DNA from: a phage
Length of the DNA: 64,000 nucleotides
Direction: 5' to 3' (one strand)
Sequence record: PZ445451.1
A model generated the notes under the pieces. The model had not been told where the DNA came from and made no database searches. It was given only the letters and a program-made list of their open reading frames with translations. The translations under genes were made by a program, and so were the position numbers. Shown piece after piece: positions 26,277-35,900 of the stretch (position 1 is its first letter; every line of letters starts with the position of its first letter).

Positions 26277-26849
26277 TTAATGTGTTAATGAAACTGCATA
26301 ACTAAACACAGGTTCAGATATTACATCGGCTACAGTAATAAAAACGTCCTCGTCTTGCGTTGTTTCTACACGACATACAGTTACACCATTTACCACGAAT
26401 TCAACGCAATGTGGAATATCTTCACAAACGAAGGTAGTGTAAGTAACACCCAAAGCATCATACAAAGATTTAACAGTGTTTGCAAGTGCCGCAGTTTCTT
26501 CTTTTTCTGAGACAATGAATGCTGTAACAATAAGATTGTTTGCATAGTTTAGACTGTCCTCTATAGCCAATGATTTACAAGGTAGTAATGCAAAATATTT
26601 ACCTGGTTTAATCAGACCTGCTTCCCATTGATTCAAAATTGCCTGGGATGGTTTAGTAATATAAAATAGATTTTCACTTGGGTTATCAATATTACTTCTG
26701 GCGATACAACGTGAAGGATTATTAATATCAAATACATGATCAAAATCTACACAAACAGGTAAACTGAAAGGTGTAAATTTTTTACCTAATAATCCTATGG
26801 CTGATAATATGTTTGCTGTGCTTATCTTCCCGTTAAAAGCTAAACGCAT
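26277..26849 (-). CDS. hypothetical protein (190 aa)
   Basis: Track ORF. Confidence 0.6.
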   Translation of the reverse strand: MRLAFNGKISTANILSAIGLLGKKFTPFSLPVCVDFDHVFDINNPSRCIARSNIDNPSENLFYITKPSQAILNQWEAGLIKPGKYFALLPCKSLAIEDSLNYANNLIVTAFIVSEKEETAALANTVKSLYDALGVTYTTFVCEDIPHCVEFVVNGVTVCRVETTQDEDVFITVADVISEPVFSYAVSLTH

Positions 26850-26860
26850 ATTTAACTCCT

Positions 26861-27064
26861 TTAACTAGCGACCGTAACTTCCGAACTTTCTTCTTTCGTA
26901 CTGTCTACGATATGCCTGGTGGCAATATACGAGACTTGCCAGTTACCATCTGGTGTAGTCTCAATAAGTACCCTATCTACTTCGAGAAAATGCAAAAATT
27001 CCACCATCGCTCGCTTCGATAGGAATTGTTTTTTAACAGTCTCCTCAAAAGATTGAACTGCCAT
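26861..27064 (-). CDS. hypothetical protein (67 aa)
   Basis: Track ORF. Confidence 0.5.
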   Translation of the reverse strand: MAVQSFEETVKKQFLSKRAMVEFLHFLEVDRVLIETTPDGNWQVSYIATRHIVDSTKEESSEVTVAS

Positions 27065-27073
27065 GTTTCCTCC

Positions 27074-27736
27074 TTATTTAATATTCAATTTTGCACAAAG
27101 ACGTTGTACCGCTTTGGCATCGAACAAACTCCCACGAATAGTTCTCTTTCCTGATTCATTCAGATGCTTTGCAATCGTCATATATGGCGTTTTACAAGCT
27201 CTGTATGCAACTAAAGAATCTTTTAAAGAAAGCGCAAACTCTCTTGAGCGTTTTGCTTCTTCCGTTTTCGTATAGTCTGTTCTTTTGTATTTAGGGTTTG
27301 CTGCACCAAGAAGCGTTCCCTTCGCTTTTGCTACCTTAAGGCTCTTCTTAACACGATCAGATATTGCACGAGCCTCTTCTTCTGCCAGAACTGCTAAAAT
27401 ATTTATTATCATATTTTCAGCGGAGGGCATAGTTGCTATTCGTACATTAATCATCTCTAACAAGGTTGCAACAGAAGCTGTGTTACGTCCAAGACGGTCA
27501 ACCTTAGCAACAACAAGTGTAGCACCTGTTTCTTTGCAAAGATTAACAGCTTTTACAAGCTCTCTACGTTGCTTCCAATCGCCTTTACCCGAATAAAACT
27601 CTGCAAAGCTACCTACAATAGTATAATTTTCTTGTGAATCCAGGAAGCGTTGAATATCTGCTTCCTGTGATTCTATACCATACTGGTTGCCTTGTTGTTT
27701 CTTCTTAGAAAGTCGATGATATAGTACAAACTTCAT
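27074..27736 (-). CDS. serine recombinase (resolvase/invertase family)
   Basis: N-terminal YHRLS..Q catalytic-Ser region, VAKVDRLGRN resolvase motif, C-terminal HTH-like tail. Confidence 0.7.
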   Translation of the reverse strand: MKFVLYHRLSKKKQQGNQYGIESQEADIQRFLDSQENYTIVGSFAEFYSGKGDWKQRRELVKAVNLCKETGATLVVAKVDRLGRNTASVATLLEMINVRIATMPSAENMIINILAVLAEEEARAISDRVKKSLKVAKAKGTLLGAANPKYKRTDYTKTEEAKRSREFALSLKDSLVAYRACKTPYMTIAKHLNESGKRTIRGSLFDAKAVQRLCAKLNIK

Positions 27737-27793
27737 AATACCCTCCTGTTCTGTTACAGGAAGTATGCACTACCTTAATGTTAAAGTCAACAG

Positions 27794-28009
27794 TTAAGTA
27801 GTGGTAATATCATCCTCTTGAATACCAGGGTCAACTTCTGCAAAGATAGCCTCTACAGGAATTTCTTCACCTGCTATTCTAGAAAGAAGCACTGAACCAA
27901 TAGCTTTTGCGTGTTCTTCGGATTCCGCATAAACATTAGTTCCTGTGTCTTTTTTCTTAGTTTCGTTAAAATATACCAGATAGTAATTGTATGCCATTAT
28001 TCTTCCCAA
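27794..28009 (-). CDS. hypothetical protein (71 aa)
   Basis: Track ORF. Confidence 0.5.
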   Translation of the reverse strand: MGRIMAYNYYLVYFNETKKKDTGTNVYAESEEHAKAIGSVLLSRIAGEEIPVEAIFAEVDPGIQEDDITTT

Positions 28010-28248
28010 TCGTTGTTACGAGCACTTTCAAGAACCTTGACAACTTCTGCATACTCTACAGCTAAACCAGCACACACTTCAGCTTGTTTTGCAATTGCTT
28101 GTTTAAAGAACATAGCGATTGCAACACTCTGTGTTGTGTGAATGTTATCTGCTTTAGTTGATACATGAAGATCAAAATCTTCTTCATCAAAGGTGAGTTC
28201 CATAGTAACAATAAATTTCTCGGTCATAAAAATGCTCCTCTTAAACAA
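27997..28248 (-). CDS. hypothetical protein (83 aa)
   Basis: Track ORF. Confidence 0.5.
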   Translation of the reverse strand: MFKRSIFMTEKFIVTMELTFDEEDFDLHVSTKADNIHTTQSVAIAMFFKQAIAKQAEVCAGLAVEYAEVVKVLESARNNDWEE

Positions 28249-28750
28249 AATAGAAAGGTTGAGTTAAACCCAGCCTGTTTTTTGGGTCGTAGACGTACCA
28301 AGCATATGCTGTCTTATCAGTACCACCTGCAACAAAAGATGGTCGTTCAGCAAGAACAATCAAATTTGTTGGTGGATTCTGTTTATGGAATTCCCTTCGT
28401 TTAATAGACTCTAGGAACCCAAGACGCAACAAGTATATGCAAACGTCTGCTTCTTTTAAGCTCTTTTGCAAGAACTCAAGTGCAAGTCTGAATGGTGGAT
28501 TTGTGATTATAATATCCGGCTTAGTATGCCATTCGTGGTTAAAATAATCCTTCCCTTCTTCTAACTCACAATATTCTGATCCTTCTGGAAAATGTTGATA
28601 AATTGCAGCAGCAGCGCCTTTACACGGTTCTGCAAAAATAAAACCTTCTTCTTTAAGGTTATTAAAATCTATTACACTAAATAATGCATTTATACATTTT
28701 TGTGGAGTAGGATAGTAATCAGTTGGTGGACGATCATACTTATTTGCCAC
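28241..28750 (-). CDS. small DNA N6-adenine methyltransferase (phage Dam-like, NPPF motif)
   Basis: DYYPTP near N-terminus and IIITNPPF catalytic motif. Confidence 0.6.
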   Translation of the reverse strand: MANKYDRPPTDYYPTPQKCINALFSVIDFNNLKEEGFIFAEPCKGAAAAIYQHFPEGSEYCELEEGKDYFNHEWHTKPDIIITNPPFRLALEFLQKSLKEADVCIYLLRLGFLESIKRREFHKQNPPTNLIVLAERPSFVAGGTDKTAYAWYVYDPKNRLGLTQPFYFV

Positions 28751-29168
28751 TATTTAAAATCTCCTCTTTTGTGATTTCAGGGTTTTCTTCAAAAACCATA
28801 ATATCTCTTAAGAACGTTAATTCTTCCATAGATACTGGTATTGTATCTTCTTCTGTTTTTCGTTTACATAAATCGTCAAGAAAGTTTTTAACGCTTTCTG
28901 ACACATCGTAAAATTTCAACAGTTGATAATCACAGGAGAAGATCCTATCTAGTTCTAACATTCTTTCTAAGATATTTTCTGTGTTGCCGTACAACACACG
29001 AACCTCTCCGAAAGGGTTGACTAAATATTGTGAATTTCTGAACCATCCCTTTTTAGATACAGTGTAACGCTGTTCTGCTAAACTTTCAATAAAATTTTTA
29101 GCCCTTTTACAGTTTTGTTCTAAAGAGTAGTAGGCTTTTTCTACAAAGATTACAGGTACTGGTAACAT
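28740..29168 (-). CDS. hypothetical protein (142 aa)
   Basis: Track ORF. Confidence 0.55.
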   Translation of the reverse strand: MLPVPVIFVEKAYYSLEQNCKRAKNFIESLAEQRYTVSKKGWFRNSQYLVNPFGEVRVLYGNTENILERMLELDRIFSCDYQLLKFYDVSESVKNFLDDLCKRKTEEDTIPVSMEELTFLRDIMVFEENPEITKEEILNSGK

Positions 29169-29208
29169 ATCTCCTCCTAATAACCCCCGTGAGGGGGTTT
29201 ATGTTAGA

Positions 29209-29862
29209 TTAATTATCAGAGGATACTTTATCAAGTTTTTCAGAGACTGTCAATACTTTTTCTTGTGATTCTTTCATTTCTGCTAAAATACTTTCAGCTT
29301 CATCACTATCAGGATCACCAGTCAACAGCATACTAATTAGTTGCTCCTTGCTGAAGTTCAGAATATCTTCCGCTGTTAGCTCCAGTTGTTCTTCAATCTC
29401 TTCGACAAAAGTTTCACCGCCTGAAAAAGCATCTCGTAGTTTTGCAACTTCCATCGCTTCTTCTGGGGTTGCCCCAGCGTCTAAAGCTGCTAAAGCAAAA
29501 TCTGCCCCACTACCAACAGCATAGTAATCTTCAGTTAAAGGATATGCTCGCGTTGGATTATTACCCTCGTGCATATAAATTTTACCGTCTGGGTGAACAA
29601 CCAATGCCACAAACTCTTCATCTTCTTTATCAGGATCTGACTGGATCACCAAACCTGGGATTGTCTCTTGTGCTGCCTGGCACTGTAAGTTTTGTTCGAA
29701 CCAAGAAAAGAAAGTCAGGATAGAAGACAGACGTCCTGCACCACCAACAAGGTAATCCCCAATTTTACGCACTTTCTTAAAATTTAAAGTGTCTACTCGA
29801 TTACCTACTGTTACTTTACCGTCAGATAGAATTTTGTTATGTGTTGCAATAATTGTTGTCAT
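29209..29862 (-). CDS. HslV/proteasome beta-subunit-like Ntn-hydrolase peptidase with acidic C-terminal extension
   Basis: MTTIIA start (Thr nucleophile after Met removal), KKVRKIGD, GGAG and YAVGSGADFALAAL resemble E. coli HslV. Confidence 0.6.
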   Translation of the reverse strand: MTTIIATHNKILSDGKVTVGNRVDTLNFKKVRKIGDYLVGGAGRLSSILTFFSWFEQNLQCQAAQETIPGLVIQSDPDKEDEEFVALVVHPDGKIYMHEGNNPTRAYPLTEDYYAVGSGADFALAALDAGATPEEAMEVAKLRDAFSGGETFVEEIEEQLELTAEDILNFSKEQLISMLLTGDPDSDEAESILAEMKESQEKVLTVSEKLDKVSSDN

Positions 29863-30353
29863 TGTACTTCCTCCTGTAGTGTTTTAAGGACTGCTTTACC
29901 ACCGCTTACATACTTACGGAGGTAATCAATAGCTCTTAGTGTTTCTTTATCCACAAGAATTTTATTAGTTCTTGTCAATGGATGATTCAGTAAGTCACTG
30001 CAATTTCTTACTAACATAGATTTCTTGTGAAAGATACTGCTAAGAAAAAGAAGTTTAGAATCTTCTTCATCAATCAGGAGTAATTCTGAATTAGACCCAG
30101 CTACATTTATTATACACTCAAACAAGCCTTCTTGACTATCAGATAATTCCTGGTAATATTTAGTTAGCCAATCCTCTCCTTTTAACCAACTAAAAAACAT
30201 CTGAACTTTTTGCAAAGTTGTCATGTTCTCTAAACGAAGAGATATTTCTTTTTCAATCTTGTCAATATAAATCTGTCTAAACTCATTCGGCTTAACTAAG
30301 CCAGCTTGATAGCATTCATCAATACCATTGCGATCAATCTCAATTAGCGTCAT
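29859..30353 (-). CDS. hypothetical protein (164 aa)
   Basis: Track ORF; ATGA overlap with the HslV-like gene. Confidence 0.55.
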   Translation of the reverse strand: MTLIEIDRNGIDECYQAGLVKPNEFRQIYIDKIEKEISLRLENMTTLQKVQMFFSWLKGEDWLTKYYQELSDSQEGLFECIINVAGSNSELLLIDEEDSKLLFLSSIFHKKSMLVRNCSDLLNHPLTRTNKILVDKETLRAIDYLRKYVSGGKAVLKTLQEEVQ

Positions 30354-30389
30354 TTAACCTCCATAATAGGCATCCTTGCCTTGTAATTA

Positions 30390-31142
30390 TTAATATACTT
30401 CCGTGATGAACTGAGACAAACGGGAACGTTGGTTATCAGCAGTTGTCATTTCAACATAACCAATAAAATCTACAATAGCTTCCCTTTCTCCTTCTTCGTT
30501 AATAGGAACAACACGATCTAACAAATCACCTAACCCGTTAGCTCTTCGTTTAATTGCATATGTTTGATTAACATCGCCCATAATGACAATACGTGTATTA
30601 AGACCTGCTCGCTCAAGGAGAAGTTTTACTGTGTTTGGTGACATAAGTTGAACTTCATCAATAAGAATAATGCTGTTATCCCACGTAGCACCTAGTGCAT
30701 AGTTCGGAATATTAAGTTCAATTTTGCCACTTGCAATATCGTTTTCCAATTTATTTGCAGTCATAAACTGTTGGAAAATTCTTTTAGTTGACTCGTAGTG
30801 TGCTGCTAGTTTATCAGTCTTATCTCCAGATAAGAAACCGATTTGGTCATCACCTACTTCTGTCGGGTTTTTAAGGAAAATCAACTTTCTGAAGTCACCA
30901 GCTTTAAGCATTTGCAATGCTTTCCATAGTGCTGTTGTCGTTTTTCCTGTTCCTGCTGGGGCATTAACAATGGTTAAATCATTCCAAACCATGCTTCTTA
31001 CAATAGCTTCTTGATTCCCAACAGGGGTAAATTCATCAAGACGGTAATCATCATTTCCTACTGCTTTAGCCGCATAACGACTGGCACGTTTGTCATCATT
31101 GGCTGCTGATTGACGACGAGCCTTTGCGGTTTTATTTCCCAT
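30390..31142 (-). CDS. phoH: PhoH-like ATPase
   Basis: Walker A GTGKTT and PhoH-type length and motifs. Confidence 0.8.
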   Translation of the reverse strand: MGNKTAKARRQSAANDDKRASRYAAKAVGNDDYRLDEFTPVGNQEAIVRSMVWNDLTIVNAPAGTGKTTTALWKALQMLKAGDFRKLIFLKNPTEVGDDQIGFLSGDKTDKLAAHYESTKRIFQQFMTANKLENDIASGKIELNIPNYALGATWDNSIILIDEVQLMSPNTVKLLLERAGLNTRIVIMGDVNQTYAIKRRANGLGDLLDRVVPINEEGEREAIVDFIGYVEMTTADNQRSRLSQFITEVY

Positions 31143-31154
31143 GTTTGCACTCCT

Positions 31155-31175
31155 TATAAAAGGGGCTTTCGCCCC
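31155..31175 (-). terminator. GGGGC-TTTC-GCCCC hairpin terminator (works in both orientations)
   Basis: Palindromic hairpin flanked by A-run and T-run. Confidence 0.5.
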
Positions 31176-31180
31176 TTTGT

Positions 31181-31681
31181 TTAGTTATAAGCGTCTAATG
31201 TTCCAGTTTTAAGCACCTGAATTACACGCTCTGCGCGATTAGGCGTTTGGCGATACCATTTACTTTTACGTAAATTTATAGAGGCTTGAGTATAATATGA
31301 ATTACTCACTAAAGTCAAGCTATTTTTGAAAGATTCTGCACCTTTCAATCCCATTTGAAATACCATATTAATAATAGCCATTTTACGATTAGAACTTACT
31401 TTATCGTAAATAGGAGATAATATGGTGCTTGAATGGATTTGTTGTATCGCTTTCTTTACGTCACTCTCAAAGATTCTTCTAGCTTCCGCTTCAGTAATAA
31501 CTCCATTGGTTTTTCTACCTACTAAGTTATCAAGAATGCGTATAGCTTCTGCTTTATCTTTGAGTTTTGTCAGAAGGTGTCCAATACCAACTGTCCAATA
31601 CCCTTCGGTATCAGGATATACAGTTAGCTTTAGTCCTTCATCAAAACGTAACATATCAAACACATCAACTACTTTAGCCAT
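31181..31681 (-). CDS. T4-type lysozyme (endolysin)
   Basis: MLRFDEGLKLTVYPDTEGYWTVGIGHLLTK closely matches T4 lysozyme (catalytic Glu, Asp and Thr context). Confidence 0.9.
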   Translation of the reverse strand: MAKVVDVFDMLRFDEGLKLTVYPDTEGYWTVGIGHLLTKLKDKAEAIRILDNLVGRKTNGVITEAEARRIFESDVKKAIQQIHSSTILSPIYDKVSSNRKMAIINMVFQMGLKGAESFKNSLTLVSNSYYTQASINLRKSKWYRQTPNRAERVIQVLKTGTLDAYN

Positions 31682-31693
31682 GTTTTCCTTATA

Positions 31694-31837
31694 TTAGTCG
31701 CCATCCCCATGATCTAGCTCTTGAAACAGTAGGTGTTCAGGAGACATTTCACGTTTAGGCTTCGTCTTTTTAGTTTGGGACTTAAGCTCTGTTGCCAAAG
31801 CACGAGAAAAGATCTTACGTTTCTGTTTACCTTTCAT
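31694..31837 (-). CDS. small basic protein (47 aa), not in track
   Basis: ATG at 31837 (minus) after GGAG RBS; Lys/Arg-rich. Confidence 0.35.
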   Translation of the reverse strand: MKGKQKRKIFSRALATELKSQTKKTKPKREMSPEHLLFQELDHGDGD

Positions 31838-31841
31838 ATTG

Positions 31842-32108
31842 TTACTCCGCAATCTGAGCCATGAATTCACGTAGTTCAGAAAAACCTCCTACGTGGGTTA
31901 GCTGTTCACCATCTTCCACAAAAATCTGAGGAAATGTGCGTGGTAGAACACCTGTTTTCTCTAAAACCAGATTCTGAATCTGATCTAAAGAATAGTCTTC
32001 ATCTAAGGTAAGGTATTTAAAATCCTGTTCACGCTGTTCCAGTAGAATCTTAGCGTTAGTGCAGAAAGGACAATTTGGTTTACCGTAGATAATAAAATTC
32101 ATTTTCAC
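31842..32108 (-). CDS. glutaredoxin-like protein (redoxin for ribonucleotide reductase)
   Basis: CPFC active site near N-terminus; 88 aa; sits in the RNR neighbourhood. Confidence 0.8.
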   Translation of the reverse strand: MKMNFIIYGKPNCPFCTNAKILLEQREQDFKYLTLDEDYSLDQIQNLVLEKTGVLPRTFPQIFVEDGEQLTHVGGFSELREFMAQIAE

Positions 32109-32935
32109 TCCTTGTTTAAAAGTATAGTTAAAGTTCTTACAATACCGCTATCAACACTTCGCGGATTTAAAGTAGGATCTGTTTTTAAATAAGATGTTGC
32201 TGGTCTGACTGCTTTGGAATTATAGGTTGAAGCAGATACAGGATTAACTGTAACAGACAAATCTATAACAAGAAATATCTTTCGTGCAAAATCATACCAA
32301 GAAATATAATCTGCACCTGCATAGTGTACAATTTTACTATTTACACCATCTTTTACAAGTTTAAAAATTGTTTCTGCAAGATCAGGTGCATAAGTAGGAC
32401 ATGATAAATGATCACATACTACATTAAATTCTTTTTGACCACCGTTGTAGCGTTCCAACATAGTTTTCAAAAAGTTATGTCCAAATTCACTATAAACAGA
32501 AGCTGTTCTGATAATAAGTGCTGTAGGACAAACTGCTTGTACTAAAGTTTCACCTAATTGTTTACTGTAACCGTAGGTGTTCAAGGGGTTTGTTTTACTC
32601 TCTTCTGTGCCAGCAACATGTCCATCAAAAACATAGTCTGTTGAAATATGTACAAACTGTATCAGTAAATCATTACATGCTTTGGCAATGTTTGTTGCAC
32701 CGTATGCATTAACATTTATACAGGTGTTAACATCTTCTTCAGCTTTATCTACTGCCGTGTAAGCCGCACAATTCACAACAACATCAGGCACGTGCTGTAC
32801 AAGACTATTCATAACATCTTTAAAGTTGGTAATGTCTATATCACTTGCTTCAATCAAAATAACATCTTCGGGCGCAACTTTTGCCAAAGACTGTCCTAAT
32901 TGACCTTTTGAACCAAAGACTAAAAATTTTGTCAA
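32105..32935 (-). CDS. rmlD: dTDP-4-dehydrorhamnose reductase
   Basis: N-terminal GSKGQLG Rossmann motif; last gene of an rmlBACD-order cluster. Confidence 0.8.
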   Translation of the reverse strand: MTKFLVFGSKGQLGQSLAKVAPEDVILIEASDIDITNFKDVMNSLVQHVPDVVVNCAAYTAVDKAEEDVNTCINVNAYGATNIAKACNDLLIQFVHISTDYVFDGHVAGTEESKTNPLNTYGYSKQLGETLVQAVCPTALIIRTASVYSEFGHNFLKTMLERYNGGQKEFNVVCDHLSCPTYAPDLAETIFKLVKDGVNSKIVHYAGADYISWYDFARKIFLVIDLSVTVNPVSASTYNSKAVRPATSYLKTDPTLNPRSVDSGIVRTLTILLNKE

Positions 32936-33486
32936 AATATGATCTCCTTTAGTGTTTTGGCTTCCTGATCTTTTTGTGACAAGATAGGTTTAAAATTAAT
33001 ATCATTAAAGATTAAATCAAAACCCCAATCTATATTGATATCTGGATCATTCCACGCAAGACTACACTCTGAAGTCGGATCGTAATATTCCGTACATTTG
33101 TATTCAAAATCAGCAATATCACTAATCACAACAAAACCATGAGCGAAACCAGGAGGAATCCAAAATTGTGTTTTATTCTTTTCAGATAAGAGAACACCTA
33201 CCCATTCTCCAAATGTTGGACTACCAACTCTAATATCTACAGCAACATCATAAACTTCACCACGAACACAACGTACTAACTTCCCTTGTGGGTTTTTCTT
33301 TTGAAAATGAAGCCCACGTAGAACTCCTCGGATAGAACGTGAATGGTTATCTTGGACAAAGTTTTGTTTACCTATGTATTGATCATATAAAGCCTGATTA
33401 AAACTTTCTAAGAAAAAGCCACGTTCATCTCCGTAAACGTCAGGTTGAATGATCAACAAATCTTCGATTTTTGTTGCTTGAATCAT
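32932..33486 (-). CDS. rmlC: dTDP-4-dehydrorhamnose 3,5-epimerase
   Basis: RGLHFQ cupin motif; ~184 aa. Confidence 0.85.
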   Translation of the reverse strand: MIQATKIEDLLIIQPDVYGDERGFFLESFNQALYDQYIGKQNFVQDNHSRSIRGVLRGLHFQKKNPQGKLVRCVRGEVYDVAVDIRVGSPTFGEWVGVLLSEKNKTQFWIPPGFAHGFVVISDIADFEYKCTEYYDPTSECSLAWNDPDINIDWGFDLIFNDINFKPILSQKDQEAKTLKEIIF

Positions 33487-33498
33487 TTAATTCCCCCT

Positions 33499-34368
33499 TT
33501 ATTTTAATTTAAGTAAATACTTACCGTAGTCTGTTTTACTTAAAACCTCTCCAGAACTTTTTACAGAGTCTAAAGTAATCCATTCATTTTTAAAAGCAAT
33601 CTCTTCCAGGCATGCAACCTTCATACCTTGTTGCTTCTCTATTGCATGAACAAATTGAGATGCTTCCATAAGACTTTCATGTGTTCCTGTATCCAGCCAA
33701 GTGAAACCTCTTCCTAGTTTACAGACACGTAAAGTCTTTTCTTTCCAGTACATCTCATTTATATCCGTAATCTCTAACTCCCCTCTAGCAGAAGGTTTAA
33801 CGCTCTTAGCTTTCTGTATAACAGAATTATCGTAAAAGTACAAGCCTGTGATTGCGTAGTTGCTTTTTGGTGTTTTTGGTTTTTCTTCAATACTCACCAC
33901 TGTACCTTCAGAATCAAACTCAACAACACCAAATCTTTCAGGATCATTTACGTGATACCCAAAAATATTAGCTCCACCATTCTTTTCAATATGTTCTTTA
34001 GCAGAATCTAAAATGCTACCAAAACTCTGACCAAAGAACAAATTATCACCTAGAACAAGTGCTACAGAATCTTCACCAATAAAGTTCTCACCAATAATAA
34101 ATGCTTCTGCTAAACCTTTTGGGCTGTTCTGTACTGCATACTGTAGGGAAATACCAAAAGAAGAACCATCACCTAAAAGATTTACAAAATTAATTTGATC
34201 TTCTGGTGTTGTAATTATTAGTATTTCCCTAATTCCAGAAAGCATTAGGACAGAGAGTGGATAATAAATCATAGGCTTATCGTAAATTGGTAATAGTTGT
34301 TTACTAACCCCTTTAGTAACTGGGTAAAGTCTTGTTCCGCTACCACCTGCTAAGATAATACCTTTCAT
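33499..34368 (-). CDS. rmlA: glucose-1-phosphate thymidylyltransferase
   Basis: [18 protein letters not shown] nucleotidyltransferase signature. Confidence 0.9.
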   Translation of the reverse strand: MKGIILAGGSGTRLYPVTKGVSKQLLPIYDKPMIYYPLSVLMLSGIREILIITTPEDQINFVNLLGDGSSFGISLQYAVQNSPKGLAEAFIIGENFIGEDSVALVLGDNLFFGQSFGSILDSAKEHIEKNGGANIFGYHVNDPERFGVVEFDSEGTVVSIEEKPKTPKSNYAITGLYFYDNSVIQKAKSVKPSARGELEITDINEMYWKEKTLRVCKLGRGFTWLDTGTHESLMEASQFVHAIEKQQGMKVACLEEIAFKNEWITLDSVKSSGEVLSKTDYGKYLLKLK

Positions 34369-34376
34369 ACTCCTCC

Positions 34377-35366
34377 TTAAACTTTATTTTCCCACCACTC
34401 TTTGTTATCTACATACCAATCAATGGTTGAATAAAGTTTTTCTTCAAATGTGCCTTTAGCTTTCCACCCTAATTCCTTTTCAATCTTATAAGGATTCACT
34501 TCATATCTTAGATCATGTCCAGGTCTATCTGTAACCATCTCAATTAGGCTACAAGCATCTGTTTCAGATGGATACACCGCATCCATATAATCACAAATCA
34601 TATAGATTACATCAATATTAGTTCTAGGGTTTCTGCTCCCAATATTATATGTTTCTCCAGATTTGCCTTTAGTTACTACTAGGTGTAATGCTTCTGCGTG
34701 ATCGTCAACGTATAACCAGTCTCTTACTTGAAGACCATTGCCATAAACAGGGATTGGTTTATTCATCAAGATATTTGTTATCGTTTTAGGTATCAGTTTT
34801 TCTGGATGATGATATGCTCCAAAATTATTTGAACAATTTGTTATAACTGTCGGAATACCATAAGTACGATGCCACGCTCTTACCAAATGATCGCTTGCTG
34901 CCTTAGATGCAGCATATGGACTACTTGGCTTATAAGGATTCTGTTCTGTAAACGGATAATCCCCTTCTTCCATATCACCATACACTTCATCTGTTGAAAT
35001 ATGATGAAACATTTTAAGATTTGATTTATCTCCCATTAAACGAACAGCTTCTAGAAGATTAAATGTTCCAACAATATTTGAATTTATAAAAACACTCGGT
35101 GATGCTATTGAATTATCTACGTGACTTTCTGCTGCAAGATGCATTATATAATCTGGGTTAACATCTGCCACAATCTTAGCAGTTAACTGAGCATTTGTCA
35201 AGTCAACACGACAAAACTTTACATTAGGTGTTTCTGATAAATTTCTAGGGTCTGAAGCGTAACCCCATTTATCTATAACGTAAATATCATTCTTAGTATT
35301 TTTAGCCAGGAAACGAACTACTGCACTTCCAATAAAGCCTAAACCACCTGTTACTAAGTATTTCAT
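34377..35366 (-). CDS. rmlB: dTDP-glucose 4,6-dehydratase
   Basis: GGLGFIGS Rossmann motif, YAASKAA catalytic YxxxK, SDR-extended length. Confidence 0.9.
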   Translation of the reverse strand: MKYLVTGGLGFIGSAVVRFLAKNTKNDIYVIDKWGYASDPRNLSETPNVKFCRVDLTNAQLTAKIVADVNPDYIMHLAAESHVDNSIASPSVFINSNIVGTFNLLEAVRLMGDKSNLKMFHHISTDEVYGDMEEGDYPFTEQNPYKPSSPYAASKAASDHLVRAWHRTYGIPTVITNCSNNFGAYHHPEKLIPKTITNILMNKPIPVYGNGLQVRDWLYVDDHAEALHLVVTKGKSGETYNIGSRNPRTNIDVIYMICDYMDAVYPSETDACSLIEMVTDRPGHDLRYEVNPYKIEKELGWKAKGTFEEKLYSTIDWYVDNKEWWENKV

Positions 35367-35560
35367 TTAGTCTCCTTCCAATTATTCCCTTCAGTAAAAA
35401 TAATACCTTCATAAAACAACCATCTGGAACCTTTTTCAACAGGAACAGGAATCTCTTCTTCAGTAAAGTTATAAACCTCTCTAGCATCTTCTAAAAGTGA
35501 TGCAAATGTTTTTGGACTTACTGTTACGCGAGGAGCATTGATCAGTTGATCTAGCATCAT
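35363..35560 (-). CDS. hypothetical protein (65 aa)
   Basis: Track ORF 35363-35653 trimmed to Met32 to remove overlap. Confidence 0.4.
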   Translation of the reverse strand: MMLDQLINAPRVTVSPKTFASLLEDAREVYNFTEEEIPVPVEKGSRWLFYEGIIFTEGNNWKETK

Positions 35561-35573
35561 TCTACTATCCTCC

Positions 35574-35900
35574 TTACCAAACGTGTTGAGAAATAATAGT
35601 TTCCGTTTCAATGTTATATTTTTCAAGAAGTTGTGCGTAGGCTTCTTTTGCATTCTTATTTAGTTGCTCAAGATCTACAGCTATACTTCCTTCGCCACCT
35701 TCTAAATAAATGCCATATATGCAATAAGATTCATCAGCATCATAGAAAGGAGAGATACGGCTTAAATCAAGACCTTCTTGTAAGAACCAATTAAAATCTC
35801 CATCAAATTCTTCTTCAATTCTAGGATCTTCTCCTACAGCCTCTTCCCATTTATTAAAAGGTGCACCCTGTAACATACGCCATTCAGTGGCAACTCCCAT
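35574..35900 (-). CDS. hypothetical acidic protein (108 aa)
   Basis: Track ORF. Confidence 0.55.
   Translation of the reverse strand: MGVATEWRMLQGAPFNKWEEAVGEDPRIEEEFDGDFNWFLQEGLDLSRISPFYDADESYCIYGIYLEGGEGSIAVDLEQLNKNAKEAYAQLLEKYNIETETIISQHVW

Noticed and set aside
27074-27736. Using the serine recombinase as evidence of a temperate lifestyle or prophage boundary
   Set aside because: It is a small resolvase/invertase-type enzyme, not a large serine integrase, and the surrounding content (own tRNAs, RNR, ThyX, homing endonucleases, early promoters) is typical of virulent phages.
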